Positions 28,029 through 37,676 of a stretch of 64,000 nucleotides of DNA are shown in pieces. Origin of the DNA: a virus; IMG/VR virus record IMGVR_UViG_3300048996_000163, positions 32,001-96,000 of that record; one strand, 5' to 3'. The position numbers were made by a program, and so were the translations under genes. The notes beneath the pieces were generated by a model, which was not told the DNA's origin, did no database searches, and was given only the letters and a program-made list of their open reading frames with translations. The stretch's first letter is position 1; each line of letters opens with the position of its first letter.

Positions 28029-30997
28029 TGCGCGTCGTCACGCCCACGCTCGCCGCCGCGATCGAAGCCGTCGAACGGGTCGTCGACGCGACCGCCGCCG
28101 TCGACTGGGACGGCGACGGATACAACACCATCGACACGTCCGACCCGTTCAACCGGGTCACGTCCAGTGGGATCAACCCGCACCCGACGCTCGGCACCGC
28201 CTACCTCCACACCGGCGTCGGCGGGACCGTCGTCACCACCGACACCATCGCCACCGGCAGTGAAGTGACCATGTCCGTGCCCGTCGCGGCCGGGTTCCGG
28301 ATCGCCTACCTGCGCGCCGCGGTCCTCAACGTCGAGGACACCGACATCACCGTCGAATGGTCCTGCCCCGCACCGACCGGCGGGGACCTCGAACCCGGCA
28401 ACATCTACGTCCGCTGCCAGGACCAGAGCAACTACGTCATGGGCCGGGTCGTCGTCACCCCTGCCGGCGTCGTCATGGTCGCGATCTTCCACAACCAGAC
28501 CGTCCCGTCGGGCAACAGCTACGTCCTCCTCGACCCGACCGTCGTCACCGGCCTCGTGTTCGACCCGGCCGTGCACTGGAAGACCCGCGTCCAGGTCATC
28601 AGCAACCGCTACCGGATCAAAGTCTGGCGCGTCGACGTGGCGCAACCCGACGACTGGGCGGCGACCGTGTACGACGCCGCCGTCTGGACCTCCGGCGGGT
28701 GGGGGCTGCGTTGCGGGGTCGCGGCCGGCAACACGAACACGAAACCGGTCGTGTTCACGATCCACGACGTGACGGTCGCGTTCTCCCCCGAGGACGACAT
28801 CTCGGGGAAGCTCGCCGATTTCTCGATCGACCGGGACATGCGCGGGCAGCTCCCCGACGAGGTCCTCGTCGTCGAGGGGATCTCCGCCGCGACCGGATCC
28901 GGATCCCTGACCGCCGCCGACACCGTCGACGAAGTCCTCGACACCGTCCGGTACTTCAGCCGCACCAACCCGGGCTCGCCGATCTACGGCAAACCCCGCG
29001 ACTCCCGCGACTTCCGGCTCGCGGCCCGGTTCGTCACCGACGCCGGGTTCGAGACCGCGCCCCGCCTCACCGGCGCCGTCGTCCGCGCGATTCCCGTCAA
29101 CGCCGGAAACCGGACCGCGAGCATCGAGGTCATCGACGGCCGCGACCGGTTCCGGCTGCCGATCACCCTGCCCGCCGTCATCGCCGACGGGGCATGGGAC
29201 GGCACCGCGGCGATCCCGACGAAACCGGGCCTCGAAGCGTCGTGGATCGCCAGCTACGTCCTGAGCCGGTGCGGGTACCCGCTCAGCCCGCGCCCCCGCG
29301 CTGAATGCCGGCTGTTCATGCCGATGCACGGGTCGATGACACCGTTCATCCAGACGCCGTACAGCGGCGCACCCCTCGCCAAGTACGAGCCGTCGACCAC
29401 GACCAGCGCCCCGGAGCGGGTGAAGTTCACCAGCGGCCCGTTCTTCCTCGCCGCCGATCCTCTTGCCGCCGGCGCCGGGTACATCTCCGCGAAAGCCCCT
29501 GTCAACGCGGCCCCGACGGACCTGTGGAACAGCGTCGGCCGGGCCACCGGCATCCGCATCGAAGTGTGGGTCAAGCGGACCGGCAGCGAACCGACCGTCG
29601 ACGCCGCGCACGTCGGCGTCTACAACGACGTCCTGCCGACCCAGTCGAGCGTGAACTTCTGGGCCCGCACCGCCGGCACCCTCGCCGTCCTCATCAGCAA
29701 CGGCGCCAGCAGCTTCTTCGCCGTGTCGGTCCCGACGTTCAGCGCGAACGTCTGGCATCTCGTCGGTGTCCACGTCGACGACGTCCTCGGGCGTATCACG
29801 TGGCGGATCGACGGCACCTCCACCGTCGTCACGTACGCGCCGACGACGTCGGGGACGCTCGTCACCGCGTCGGCGGTCGCGTGCAGCATGGAGTCGTACG
29901 CGCAATGCTCCGACCTGCACGTGTCCGCATGCGACGAGGCGACCGCGTGGCTGCCGACAGCGCACACGTCCGGCGCCGTCGTCGACCGGCTGCAGAACCG
30001 GACGATGGGCGGCCTGTACCCGGACAAGCCGATCGAGGCGTGGCAGATCCTGCAGGACGTCACCGCCGCCGAGATGGGCACCTGCCGCATCGACTACGAC
30101 GGCCGGCCCACCGTGTGGTCCGCGGCCCGCCGCAACTCCCCCGACTCCCTCAACGTGCAGCGGACCGTGACTGCCCGGCAGCACCTGACGGACGTCGGCT
30201 ACGACGACCGCCGGGACATGATCCGCAACCTGCTGCGGGTGCCGTGGGTGAACCTGACCACCGGCGGTTTCGCGCCCGTCTGGTCGCTGACGGAACTCGT
30301 CTACATCGAGTCCGGGGATACGCAGACGTACCAGGTGAAGCTCGAAAACCCGCTCGCCGGGTCGATCGTCACGCTCACCGGCACCTGCCAGCGCAACGCC
30401 GACGGCACCGGCGGCGGCTACGGGTACACCGACATCCTCGAGTCGGGGATCCGCGCGAACCTGACGCTCACCTCGCCGACAGCGGCGACGATCACGCTCA
30501 CGAACATCAGCCCGTACCTGCTGTGGCTCGTCGACACCGGCGGCGTCCCCGACCTCATCATGACCGGCACCGCACTGAAGAAGCTCGACACCGACCCGGT
30601 GCAGGTCCAGGACGACGCGGCGATCGCCAGACGCGGCGGCCCCGGCATCGGGGAAGCGCCGCTCGACGTCGACGACAACCCGTACAGGCAGTCGATGCAA
30701 CTCGCGTACGGCGTCGCCTACGCGCTCCTCGCGTCGCTCAGGGACGAGCAGGTCGTCTTCACCGACATCACGATCCCCGGCGACCCGCGCCTGGAGGACC
30801 TCGACCGGATCCAGGTCCAGGACCCTGGCGGGCTCGTCCTGGACACCCCGGTCCTCATCGAGGGCATCGGCGACGACTTCTCGCCCGGCTCGTACGACAT
30901 GAGCCTGGTGGCCAGACCTGCCCGCGACCAGTGGCTCCTCGGCGGCCCCGGAGTCGGCACCCCGCTCGGTTCCACGATCCTGGGAGGGCTGCCTTGA
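28028..30997 (+). CDS. Large minor tail / baseplate hub protein
   Basis: TGATG coupling; LamG-like WHLVGV segment; C-terminal GDPRLEDLDRI. Confidence 0.75.
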   Translation: MRVVTPTLAAAIEAVERVVDATAAVDWDGDGYNTIDTSDPFNRVTSSGINPHPTLGTAYLHTGVGGTVVTTDTIATGSEVTMSVPVAAGFRIAYLRAAVLNVEDTDITVEWSCPAPTGGDLEPGNIYVRCQDQSNYVMGRVVVTPAGVVMVAIFHNQTVPSGNSYVLLDPTVVTGLVFDPAVHWKTRVQVISNRYRIKVWRVDVAQPDDWAATVYDAAVWTSGGWGLRCGVAAGNTNTKPVVFTIHDVTVAFSPEDDISGKLADFSIDRDMRGQLPDEVLVVEGISAATGSGSLTAADTVDEVLDTVRYFSRTNPGSPIYGKPRDSRDFRLAARFVTDAGFETAPRLTGAVVRAIPVNAGNRTASIEVIDGRDRFRLPITLPAVIADGAWDGTAAIPTKPGLEASWIASYVLSRCGYPLSPRPRAECRLFMPMHGSMTPFIQTPYSGAPLAKYEPSTTTSAPERVKFTSGPFFLAADPLAAGAGYISAKAPVNAAPTDLWNSVGRATGIRIEVWVKRTGSEPTVDAAHVGVYNDVLPTQSSVNFWARTAGTLAVLISNGASSFFAVSVPTFSANVWHLVGVHVDDVLGRITWRIDGTSTVVTYAPTTSGTLVTASAVACSMESYAQCSDLHVSACDEATAWLPTAHTSGAVVDRLQNRTMGGLYPDKPIEAWQILQDVTAAEMGTCRIDYDGRPTVWSAARRNSPDSLNVQRTVTARQHLTDVGYDDRRDMIRNLLRVPWVNLTTGGFAPVWSLTELVYIESGDTQTYQVKLENPLAGSIVTLTGTCQRNADGTGGGYGYTDILESGIRANLTLTSPTAATITLTNISPYLLWLVDTGGVPDLIMTGTALKKLDTDPVQVQDDAAIARRGGPGIGEAPLDVDDNPYRQSMQLAYGVAYALLASLRDEQVVFTDITIPGDPRLEDLDRIQVQDPGGLVLDTPVLIEGIGDDFSPGSYDMSLVARPARDQWLLGGPGVGTPLGSTILGGLP

Positions 30998-31527
30998 CCT
31001 ATACCGCGCCGATCGTCCTCGACGGGTTCCCGGTCCCGGCGGCGCTGCTGCAGGCGGCGCTAGACGAGATCGCCCGGCTCGCCGCGACCGCGATCAAACC
31101 GCACGCGTTCCTCAGGCAGACGTCGAATCAGTCGATCGGGCACGGCGCTTGGACGGCGCTCGCGTGGGGCGTCGAGGACTTCGACACGCACGGCGGGCAT
31201 GACCTGGTGACGAACACGTCCCGGTACACGGCGGTCGTTGCCGGCACGTACACCGTCCTCGTGCGCGGCGGGTTCGCTGCGAACAGCACTGGCCACCGCG
31301 GCGTGCGGGTCGCGAAGAACGGCGCTGTCGTCAACAACTCCGCCAACTACAAGCAAACGACCACGGCCGATGTCTGGTCCGATCTTGGCAGCGCCGACGT
31401 GCACCTCAACGTCGGCGAGTACGTCGAGGGGCAGGTCATCCAGGACTCCGGCGGCGCGATCAACACGAGCGCTTCCGCCGGCGACGTCGGCCCGTCCATG
31501 TCCGTGACGCTCATCAACAAGGACTGA
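30994..31527 (+). CDS. Minor tail protein, C1q-like beta domain
   Basis: TTG start overlaps upstream stop; EDFDTHGGH...SRYTAVVAGTY...LNVGEYVE. Confidence 0.65.
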   Translation: MTYTAPIVLDGFPVPAALLQAALDEIARLAATAIKPHAFLRQTSNQSIGHGAWTALAWGVEDFDTHGGHDLVTNTSRYTAVVAGTYTVLVRGGFAANSTGHRGVRVAKNGAVVNNSANYKQTTTADVWSDLGSADVHLNVGEYVEGQVIQDSGGAINTSASAGDVGPSMSVTLINKD

Positions 31528-31536
31528 GGTAATGGC

Positions 31537-31815
31537 ATGTGGTCGATGATCGGCGCTGACCGGTGGGTCACGGAACAACCGGACGGCAGCAGCAACTACC
31601 TGCTCGCCACCGACGGACGCCTGCTGGAGCTCCACGTCGAGGCTGATGCGGCCACCCTGCACGAGTACACCGGCACGGCCCCCGACGCCAGCGCGCCGCT
31701 CATCGGATCCGCCCACCAGCGGACGACCGTCCGGCCGGACCTCGCGGGCGCCGACGCGGACGCGGTGTGGCTGGCGCTTGCGGGAGTCACGGATGAGCAG
31801 GCGGCCGGCCAGTGA
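31537..31815 (+). CDS. Hypothetical protein
   Basis: Fills the gap; coupled to endolysin. Confidence 0.55.
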   Translation: MWSMIGADRWVTEQPDGSSNYLLATDGRLLELHVEADAATLHEYTGTAPDASAPLIGSAHQRTTVRPDLAGADADAVWLALAGVTDEQAAGQ

Positions 31816-32792
31816 CCTCAGCCCCCGCCGACCTGCTCGCCTTCCGCACCGACGGCCGTAGCGTGACCGGCCTGCCCGCCGTTGAGTTCGGCCTCGCCCC
31901 CGACGCAGCCCACCTGAGCTCGGGCGGCTACCACGTCGGGGTCGAGGACATCCAGCGGATCGGGCGCTGGCTGACGGACTACTCGACGCGGCAGGCCCGC
32001 GACAAGCTCGACGGCACCAACACCACGTCTGCTGCCGATGTCGGCAGCGCCTGGCGCAACGGCGGCAGGGCGGCGTGGCTGCGGTTCAACAACCTGCTGT
32101 ACGCGGAGATGCGCGACCGCCCGCAGAACCTGCCGGCGCTCCGCGCGATCAACGTGAGCCTCGACGGCAAGACCAAGCGCAGGTTCGACCAGAACAGCCG
32201 CGGCGCCGGGCTCATCACCTCGACGGACACCGTCGACACGCACACGCACCTGGAGTTCTGGCGTGACACCGAAGGCCGCCGCGGTCCGACGCTCGACCGG
32301 ATCGTGCAGCTCATGCAGGCCGCGGTCAGCGGCAATTCCCCCGCAGCTTCGACAGGAGACGACGACGACATGGGACTCGGCACCGAACCCCTCACCCAGG
32401 GCAACCCGGGCTACGCGGGCCACCAGCACGACACGGCGTGGGCGTTCACGTGGCAGGCGGCGAGTGAGGCGAAGGAGAACACCGACAAGCTGCTCGCGGC
32501 GGCGCAGGCAGACGAGGTCCGGGACAGGGCGAACACGGCCGCGATCGAGGGCCTGACCGCCGCGCTCAAGGCGGCCGGTGCTCCGGTCGGCGGCAAGCCG
32601 ATCGACGCCGGCGACATCATCGCCGCGGTGAACGCGGTCCGGGACGAGGCGCGACGCGAGTACGCCGCCGCCGCGGAGCGGGCCGCGGAGCAGGACTCGC
32701 GGATCGCGGACCTGGAGGAGCAGCTGGCTCGGGCGGTCGCCGCAGCGGAAGCGAACCTGTCGCCGGCCGAGCTCGACAAGCTGCACCCGTAG
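31812..32792 (+). CDS. Putative endolysin (Zn-peptidase) with helical C-terminus
   Basis: GGYH, DYS, SAADV and HTHLEFWRD motifs; lies after tail genes and before membrane genes. Confidence 0.65.
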   Translation: MTSAPADLLAFRTDGRSVTGLPAVEFGLAPDAAHLSSGGYHVGVEDIQRIGRWLTDYSTRQARDKLDGTNTTSAADVGSAWRNGGRAAWLRFNNLLYAEMRDRPQNLPALRAINVSLDGKTKRRFDQNSRGAGLITSTDTVDTHTHLEFWRDTEGRRGPTLDRIVQLMQAAVSGNSPAASTGDDDDMGLGTEPLTQGNPGYAGHQHDTAWAFTWQAASEAKENTDKLLAAAQADEVRDRANTAAIEGLTAALKAAGAPVGGKPIDAGDIIAAVNAVRDEARREYAAAAERAAEQDSRIADLEEQLARAVAAAEANLSPAELDKLHP

Positions 32793-32833
32793 TACGGCTA
32801 CCCATCAACAGCCAATGGGGAGGGCGGCCGTAG

Positions 32834-33085
32834 ATGACCGTGGAACGCAGGTCCCGCCGGAAGCCTCCACCGCCGAGCGGCATGGAGCCCTGGCTCCGCA
32901 ACGCGGTGATGATCTTGGTGATGGTCATATGGAGCATCGTCGTGCTCGCCTACCTCCACGCCGGCCAACTCCCCGAAGCGCCACTCCTCGGCGTCCCCGG
33001 CGCGATCTACCTGGCCCTGTCACCACCCCGCGGCCTGCTCCGCAGGCGGGCACCCGAGAGCCCCGACGAGGAGACGGCCCCGTGA
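32834..33085 (+). CDS. Two-TM membrane protein (lysis cassette)
   Basis: AVMILVMVIWSIVVLAY and LLGVPGAIYLAL segments. Confidence 0.65.
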   Translation: MTVERRSRRKPPPPSGMEPWLRNAVMILVMVIWSIVVLAYLHAGQLPEAPLLGVPGAIYLALSPPRGLLRRRAPESPDEETAP

Positions 33086-33183
33086 GCTACTGGCTGCAGG
33101 TGCTGTTCTGGGTCGTATTCATGGCAGGCGCCGGCCTCGCGCTGCGACCGCTGATCAACCGAGACAACAGGAGTGGGCAATGA
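33082..33183 (+). CDS. 33-aa single-TM peptide
   Basis: MSYWLQVLFWVVFMAGAGLALRPL; overlaps both neighbours by 4 nt. Confidence 0.5.
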   Translation: MSYWLQVLFWVVFMAGAGLALRPLINRDNRSGQ

Positions 33184-33611
33184 TCATCCGTGCGCAGCGG
33201 CTGCTGGACTCCCCGGCGACAACGCGGGTGATCCAGCTCGTCGCGGTCCTGTCACTGATCCTCGCGATCGGCATCGGCTTCAAGCAGCTGAACCTCGCCT
33301 CCTGCTTGTCGTCGTACTCCAACGCCTCTGCCGTGTCGACGGCCGGTCGTGCTGCCGCTGCCGCCGAGGACCGTAAGGCCGATGAGGCGGACCGGCAGGC
33401 GGACGCTCAGGAGCGCGAGGCGTTCCGGGTGCTGATCGCCGCCCTCGCGTCGCAGGATCAGGTGAAGACCCAGGCGGCGTTCGCGTCGCTCGTCGCCACG
33501 TACCAGGAGACGGACAAGTCCCGGGCGGCGACAGCGTTGGCGCGTGCGGAGAACGAACGGAAACGGCGGGCGAACCCGGTGCCCCCGTCGCCCGAGCTGA
33601 AGTGCGGCTGA
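33180..33611 (+). CDS. Membrane-anchored coiled-coil protein (lysis cassette)
   Basis: N-terminal TM, coiled coil, C-terminal PVPPSPELKC. Confidence 0.65.
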   Translation: MIIRAQRLLDSPATTRVIQLVAVLSLILAIGIGFKQLNLASCLSSYSNASAVSTAGRAAAAAEDRKADEADRQADAQEREAFRVLIAALASQDQVKTQAAFASLVATYQETDKSRAATALARAENERKRRANPVPPSPELKCG

Positions 33612-33842
33612 TCAGCCCGGTTGCTCACACGCTTCGGGGTGCCCGTTCGCGACGATGACGTCGTCGCACGTGCGGCAGATCCACGAAATGTGGTGCCGGT
33701 TGACGCCGCCCTGCTCGCAGACGGTGGTGCCGAGCAGTACCTGGTTCGGGCCGAGCGGGTGCCCGTTGCGACAGCGAATCGGCGCGACCACGGCCACCTC
33801 CTGGCCACGCCCTGTGGGCCGTAGGTCACCGGGCTGAGTCAT
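33612..33842 (-). CDS. Small zinc-finger protein, probably leaderless and SOS-regulated
   Basis: CRNGH...C...H...CRTC; promoter and LexA-like box directly upstream. Confidence 0.6.
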   Translation of the reverse strand: MTQPGDLRPTGRGQEVAVVAPIRCRNGHPLGPNQVLLGTTVCEQGGVNRHHISWICRTCDDVIVANGHPEACEQPG

Positions 33843-33848
33843 CCCCGC

Positions 33849-33879
33849 AGCTTAGAACAGACGTTCGCATCTTCGTCAA
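33849..33879 (-). promoter_or_regulatory. Promoter with overlapping LexA/SOS box (33853-33868)
   Basis: TAGAAC-AGAC-GTTCGC vs actinobacterial consensus TCGAAC-N4-GTTCGA; TTGACG-N19-TAAGCT on the minus strand. Confidence 0.6.
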
Positions 33880-33892
33880 GGAACGGGTCAAC

Positions 33893-34126
33893 GTGCAGCG
33901 CTTCACCACCGACGCCCAGCTCGACAACTGGTTTGCATACCACCGGCCGACGGGTGACACAATCGCCGCCCACGAGCGCGTCCGGGTCGAGTTCCGTGCG
34001 CTGGCCGCGACGCTCCAAGAGCTGATCCCGGAGTGCCCCGGCAAGACCGTCGCATTCCGGGCCGTCCGTGAGGCCATGTTCGCAGCCAACGCGGCGATCG
34101 CCTGCAACCAGCCGGAGGCGCCGTGA
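33893..34126 (+). CDS. Acb2/Tad1-like helical-hairpin cyclic-nucleotide sponge
   Basis: NWFAYHRP...R..F..LA..L.ELIPE..GK..A...REAMFAANAAIACN family pattern. Confidence 0.7.
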   Translation: MQRFTTDAQLDNWFAYHRPTGDTIAAHERVRVEFRALAATLQELIPECPGKTVAFRAVREAMFAANAAIACNQPEAP

Positions 34127-34533
34127 CGAAGGCCGCCATCTGCGTTCACTGCGCCGACATCTTCGCGCCGCTCCGGAACTGGGAGACCGACCGGTCCTGG
34201 CGCTGGTGCCAATGCGACCACTCCGCAGTGCGCTGGGCTGACGGTGCCCGCGGCCTGATCGAGGTCACGTCGATGCACGGCCCTGACCATGTGCGCGTCC
34301 TCGGCATCAACAACGCGTTCCTCGGCCTGGCCGTCGGGAACCGTTTCGCTGACGCCGCCGCCTGGCGGGCGTTGCACAAGCTCACGTGCGCCGAGGTCGA
34401 ACCGAACTACCTGTTCCACGCCGACAACCGCGATTGCTGGGCGCTGATCGTTCGGCCCGGCGAGTCCGGCGACGTCACTTTCATCGACTGGGTGAAGGCC
34501 CGGCAACCGAGGCCAGCGGAGGACGCGGCGTGA
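34123..34533 (+). CDS. Cys-containing hypothetical protein
   Basis: CVHC...CQC; coupled on both sides. Confidence 0.6.
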   Translation: MTKAAICVHCADIFAPLRNWETDRSWRWCQCDHSAVRWADGARGLIEVTSMHGPDHVRVLGINNAFLGLAVGNRFADAAAWRALHKLTCAEVEPNYLFHADNRDCWALIVRPGESGDVTFIDWVKARQPRPAEDAA

Positions 34534-34889
34534 GTGTCGGCATGCCCGCCGGGATCTGGCTCGTCAAGTTCGGCGTCATCGTCGCCGACGCCTTCGGGCA
34601 CATCCCCTACCACGTCGGCTCGTCGCTGAAGACCAAGGACTGGCGCGACGTCGACGTGCGGCTGATCCTCCCTGACGACGAGTTCAAGGAGCGCTTCGGC
34701 GACGACCAGAGCGCCGGGACGAACCCGATCCTGTCGGCAATCACGCTCGCGTTCTCGGCGCTCGGGCGGCAGATGACGGGGCTCCCCGTGGATTTTCAGA
34801 TCCAGACGACTACGCACGCCAACTCCGCCTATCCCGATGGTTGGCGCTCCGCCCTGTTCGAAGTCCGCCCCTGCACGCACGAGGACTGA
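34530..34889 (+). CDS. Minimal Pol-beta-type nucleotidyltransferase-like protein
   Basis: YHVGSS...RDVDVRLIL...PVDFQ (hGS, DxD and third Asp). Confidence 0.7.
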   Translation: MSVGMPAGIWLVKFGVIVADAFGHIPYHVGSSLKTKDWRDVDVRLILPDDEFKERFGDDQSAGTNPILSAITLAFSALGRQMTGLPVDFQIQTTTHANSAYPDGWRSALFEVRPCTHED

Positions 34890-34944
34890 CCGACTGCACA
34901 TGGCACACCGCGCACCCGAAACCACCGACGAAGGGAGCACCACC

Positions 34945-35187
34945 ATGCTCAGCGCCAGTTTCGCGAAGGCCGCTCTTGAACGAGCCGTGAAGACGTTCGC
35001 GCAGGCTGCACTCGCCCTGCTCACCGGCGACGGCCTCGGTGTCCTCGACGTCAACTGGGGCGACATCGCCTCCGTCGGCGCGCTCGCCGCGGTCGCGTCG
35101 CTGCTCACGTCGATCGTGTCGGCGCCGTTCGGCCCGGTCGGGTCACCGTCGGTCGTCGAGGACAAGAACGCGGTCGACGCGCCGTGA
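34945..35187 (+). CDS. Holin (r1t-like)
   Basis: ERAVKTFAQA...VNW...AAVASLLTSI. Confidence 0.88.
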   Translation: MLSASFAKAALERAVKTFAQAALALLTGDGLGVLDVNWGDIASVGALAAVASLLTSIVSAPFGPVGSPSVVEDKNAVDAP

Positions 35188-35330
35188 CTCGCACCCTCGT
35201 CGCCACACCGGGCCCGGAACCCCGCAACGAGATCACCTGGACGAACGGCACCACGACCGCGACGGGCGATGGCACCGGTAACACGAGGTGGCTCACCCTG
35301 GACGTGAAGATCACCCGGTAGCGTCAGGGC

Positions 35331-35594
35331 ATGTCCAACTATCGCGGCCAAGCCACCCTCACCCTTGAAGGTCAGGAACCCCGAGAAGGTCAAGCCGTCC
35401 TCCACTCGTCGGTGAAAGACGGCCGGCACGACTGGCTGGGCTCGTTCACCCCCGACGACGGTGCCCCGATACAGGCCGGTGGCGCCGCGACCCTCACCAC
35501 GAAGACGTGGACCGGCGAGGTGCTCATCCAGGACTACCGGGTCGACGGTTTCGGCCGCGCCATCGTCCTCGGCCAGGACATGCCACCGTTCTGA
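35331..35594 (+). CDS. Hypothetical protein
   Basis: YRGQATLT...W.G..PPF; followed by terminator. Confidence 0.55.
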   Translation: MSNYRGQATLTLEGQEPREGQAVLHSSVKDGRHDWLGSFTPDDGAPIQAGGAATLTTKTWTGEVLIQDYRVDGFGRAIVLGQDMPPF

Positions 35595-35639
35595 TCCGCT
35601 ACTATCGACCTGCGGTCGCTCCGGCGACCGACCAACGTG

Positions 35640-35682
35640 AAGCGCCGCCCCAGTCCTCCGGGACTCGGGGCGGCGCTTTTTT
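35640..35682 (+). terminator. Intrinsic terminator ending the late operon
   Basis: AAGCGCCGCCCC...GGGGCGGCGC stem followed by T6, between convergent genes. Confidence 0.85.
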
Positions 35683-35689
35683 GTCGTCT

Positions 35690-36274
35690 CTACCGCCTGC
35701 GCTTCCAACGTCGCCACCTGCGCCGCCCCTGCGTACGCCACCACAACCAGCCGACCGCGACCGAAGCCAGGACCACCGCTGTCAAGCCGCGCTCCCGGAA
35801 CGTCAAAACCTGGTCAGCCTTGTCAACCGCCCATGTCACCGCGGACAGCGCCGCCACGGTCGTGGCGAGCCAACCCGCCAGCCACCACGTCCATGGTGAG
35901 CCGAGCAGTCGCCGCCAGCGGTCCGGAGCTGCGACGGTACGCCGACCTGGGTGCCGGTACGAGCGGACCTTCGGCTGCCACGCCCGGTCCGGGTTCCCCT
36001 CGTTGTGGACCCAGTTCCGCAGCGGACGCTCAGCGCGGATCGCCTCCTCCTCAACAGCGAGAACCTCCGCCTCCGACGTCCACGACCGCGGGTCGACGTC
36101 CCACCGGGCGATCTCGTGCGCCCACTGCTGTTCCTCGAGGTGTTCGATGAGTCGGGCGAGGGGACGCCACGTCTGCCCGATGTACAGCAGCCGGCCGACC
36201 GCGTCGTAGAAGCGGTACAGCCGCCACACCTTCACGGCTGGCGGCTGTACGCGGGAAGGGTTCAGACGAGTCAT
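35690..36274 (-). CDS. GIY-YIG nuclease domain with two C-terminal TM helices
   Basis: LYRFYD...LLYIGQT...R..EH...E.EAI..ERPLRN followed by hydrophobic segments. Confidence 0.75.
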   Translation of the reverse strand: MTRLNPSRVQPPAVKVWRLYRFYDAVGRLLYIGQTWRPLARLIEHLEEQQWAHEIARWDVDPRSWTSEAEVLAVEEEAIRAERPLRNWVHNEGNPDRAWQPKVRSYRHPGRRTVAAPDRWRRLLGSPWTWWLAGWLATTVAALSAVTWAVDKADQVLTFRERGLTAVVLASVAVGWLWWRTQGRRRWRRWKRRR

Positions 36275-36276
36275 GG

Positions 36277-36501
36277 CTACCGCGGATCGCCGATCAAGGC
36301 GTGAACGACCGTGTCGAAGTCCCCTTCAGGGGCGTCTCGCAGTTGGTCATCGGGCTCGGTTCCGTCGTAGCAGTGGAACGCCCGGTGAATGTCGTCGTCG
36401 CCCCTGATGACAAGGAACTTGGCACCGCAACCCTGCACCAGCCACCACCTGTTTTGGATCGGCTGAGCAAGGATGCGGGGGTCGTTCAAGTACTGGCTCA
36501 C
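36277..36501 (-). CDS. Hypothetical protein
   Basis: 3' part of ORF 36277-36822; coupled to neighbours. Confidence 0.5.
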   Translation of the reverse strand: MSQYLNDPRILAQPIQNRWWLVQGCGAKFLVIRGDDDIHRAFHCYDGTEPDDQLRDAPEGDFDTVVHALIGDPR

Positions 36502-36680
36502 GCCGCCACCTCCGCCGGGCCGTACAAATGCTCGAGGACCTCGCCGCGGGTGTTGTAGCGCGCCGGATAGTCGGCGTTGGTCAGGTCGTGCAGGTAGCCC
36601 TGCTCCGGGTGCCACGCAACCCAGTGGCCGTGCTCCTGCCGGACGGTCCAGCCGTCGGACATCACCGTGCCGTCGTTCAC
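36498..36680 (-). CDS. Hypothetical protein
   Basis: 4-nt overlaps at both ends. Confidence 0.55.
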   Translation of the reverse strand: MNDGTVMSDGWTVRQEHGHWVAWHPEQGYLHDLTNADYPARYNTRGEVLEHLYGPAEVAA

Positions 36681-37144
36681 CGGTGCACCCCGAACCGCGC
36701 CGCGACCGCCTGCACCAGCGGCACATGCGCCGGGTACAGGCCAGTCCCGGTCGCCGCCTGCAGTTGGTCATCGACGAACCCGGGCCTGCCCAGCACCACC
36801 CAGCAGGCGGCGACAGCGTCATCAGCGCCGACGGCGTCCGGCTGCACGTCCATCACGAACACGCCGAGCTGCGTCGTGATCCACGCGTTCGGGGTGTTCC
36901 TCGGGTCGTCGACGTCGACACGGCCACCGATCAGTTCAGGCTCGGTGGCCGGCGCCACCCCCGTCTCCTCCCGCAGCTCACGCAGCATCGCGTCGATGTC
37001 GTCCTCACCCGGCTCGACCATCCCGCCCGGCAGCGCCCACCCGCCGCCGTCGCCACGCAGGACCAACAGCAGCAGCCCGCCGCACACGACGGCCGCGTCC
37101 ACGGCCTGGTTCTCGCCCGGCTCCAACACCTTCGGCACCGTCAA
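36677..37144 (-). CDS. Nudix hydrolase
   Basis: [27 protein letters not shown] Nudix box. Confidence 0.92.
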   Translation of the reverse strand: MTVPKVLEPGENQAVDAAVVCGGLLLLVLRGDGGGWALPGGMVEPGEDDIDAMLRELREETGVAPATEPELIGGRVDVDDPRNTPNAWITTQLGVFVMDVQPDAVGADDAVAACWVVLGRPGFVDDQLQAATGTGLYPAHVPLVQAVAARFGVHR

Positions 37145-37395
37145 CTCCAGTCGATGCTGGAGTCGCGGACCTGGGCGCGGGCCTCATCCTCGGACAGGCC
37201 CCGCTCGCGGCAGAAACCGATCAGCTCGCCCGACCCGAACCCGCTGTTGTGCAGGATCCGGATCGCCCGGCCACGGTCACCGCCACGCCAGTACCCGTCG
37301 GCCTCCCCGACCGTCGCCTGCCGGCGGGCGTCACGGGCCTGGGCGTCGCCGGCCGCAGCCTGATCCCGCAGTCCCTGCTCCTCGTTGTAGTCCAT
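37141..37395 (-). CDS. Hypothetical protein
   Basis: GGAGG RBS before MDYNEE; overlaps Nudix start. Confidence 0.55.
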   Translation of the reverse strand: MDYNEEQGLRDQAAAGDAQARDARRQATVGEADGYWRGGDRGRAIRILHNSGFGSGELIGFCRERGLSEDEARAQVRDSSIDWS

Positions 37396-37479
37396 AAGTC
37401 CTCCCCTGCTATCGGCACGCGGCACTACGCCGCGGTGCTCGCCTGCTGAAAGTGCTGGTCAGCCGCTACCCTGAGCGGC

Positions 37480-37674
37480 ATGGATGAGCGCCAAACGCTG
37501 CAATTCGTGAACGAAATCCACGAATTCGTGACCCGAGACGCCGACCGGCGCGACAAAGACGCCGAAGACCGGCACAAGGAACTCCTCGCCGCCATCGACG
37601 ACACCCGCAAGGCGATCGTCAGCGCCATCGAAACCGGGTTCCGGCAACTCGCCGACGTGCTCCGCAGCCGCTGA
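37480..37674 (+). CDS. Small coiled-coil protein
   Basis: Fills the gap antisense to the transfer operon; plausible codon usage. Confidence 0.45.
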   Translation: MDERQTLQFVNEIHEFVTRDADRRDKDAEDRHKELLAAIDDTRKAIVSAIETGFRQLADVLRSR

Positions 37675-37676
37675 CG

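Noticed and set aside
27875-30700. 941-aa antisense ORF, and similar long shadow ORFs such as 3582-5420, 39260-41602 and 54123-56039
   Set aside because: Typical stop-poor antisense frames of high-GC genes, with no motifs.
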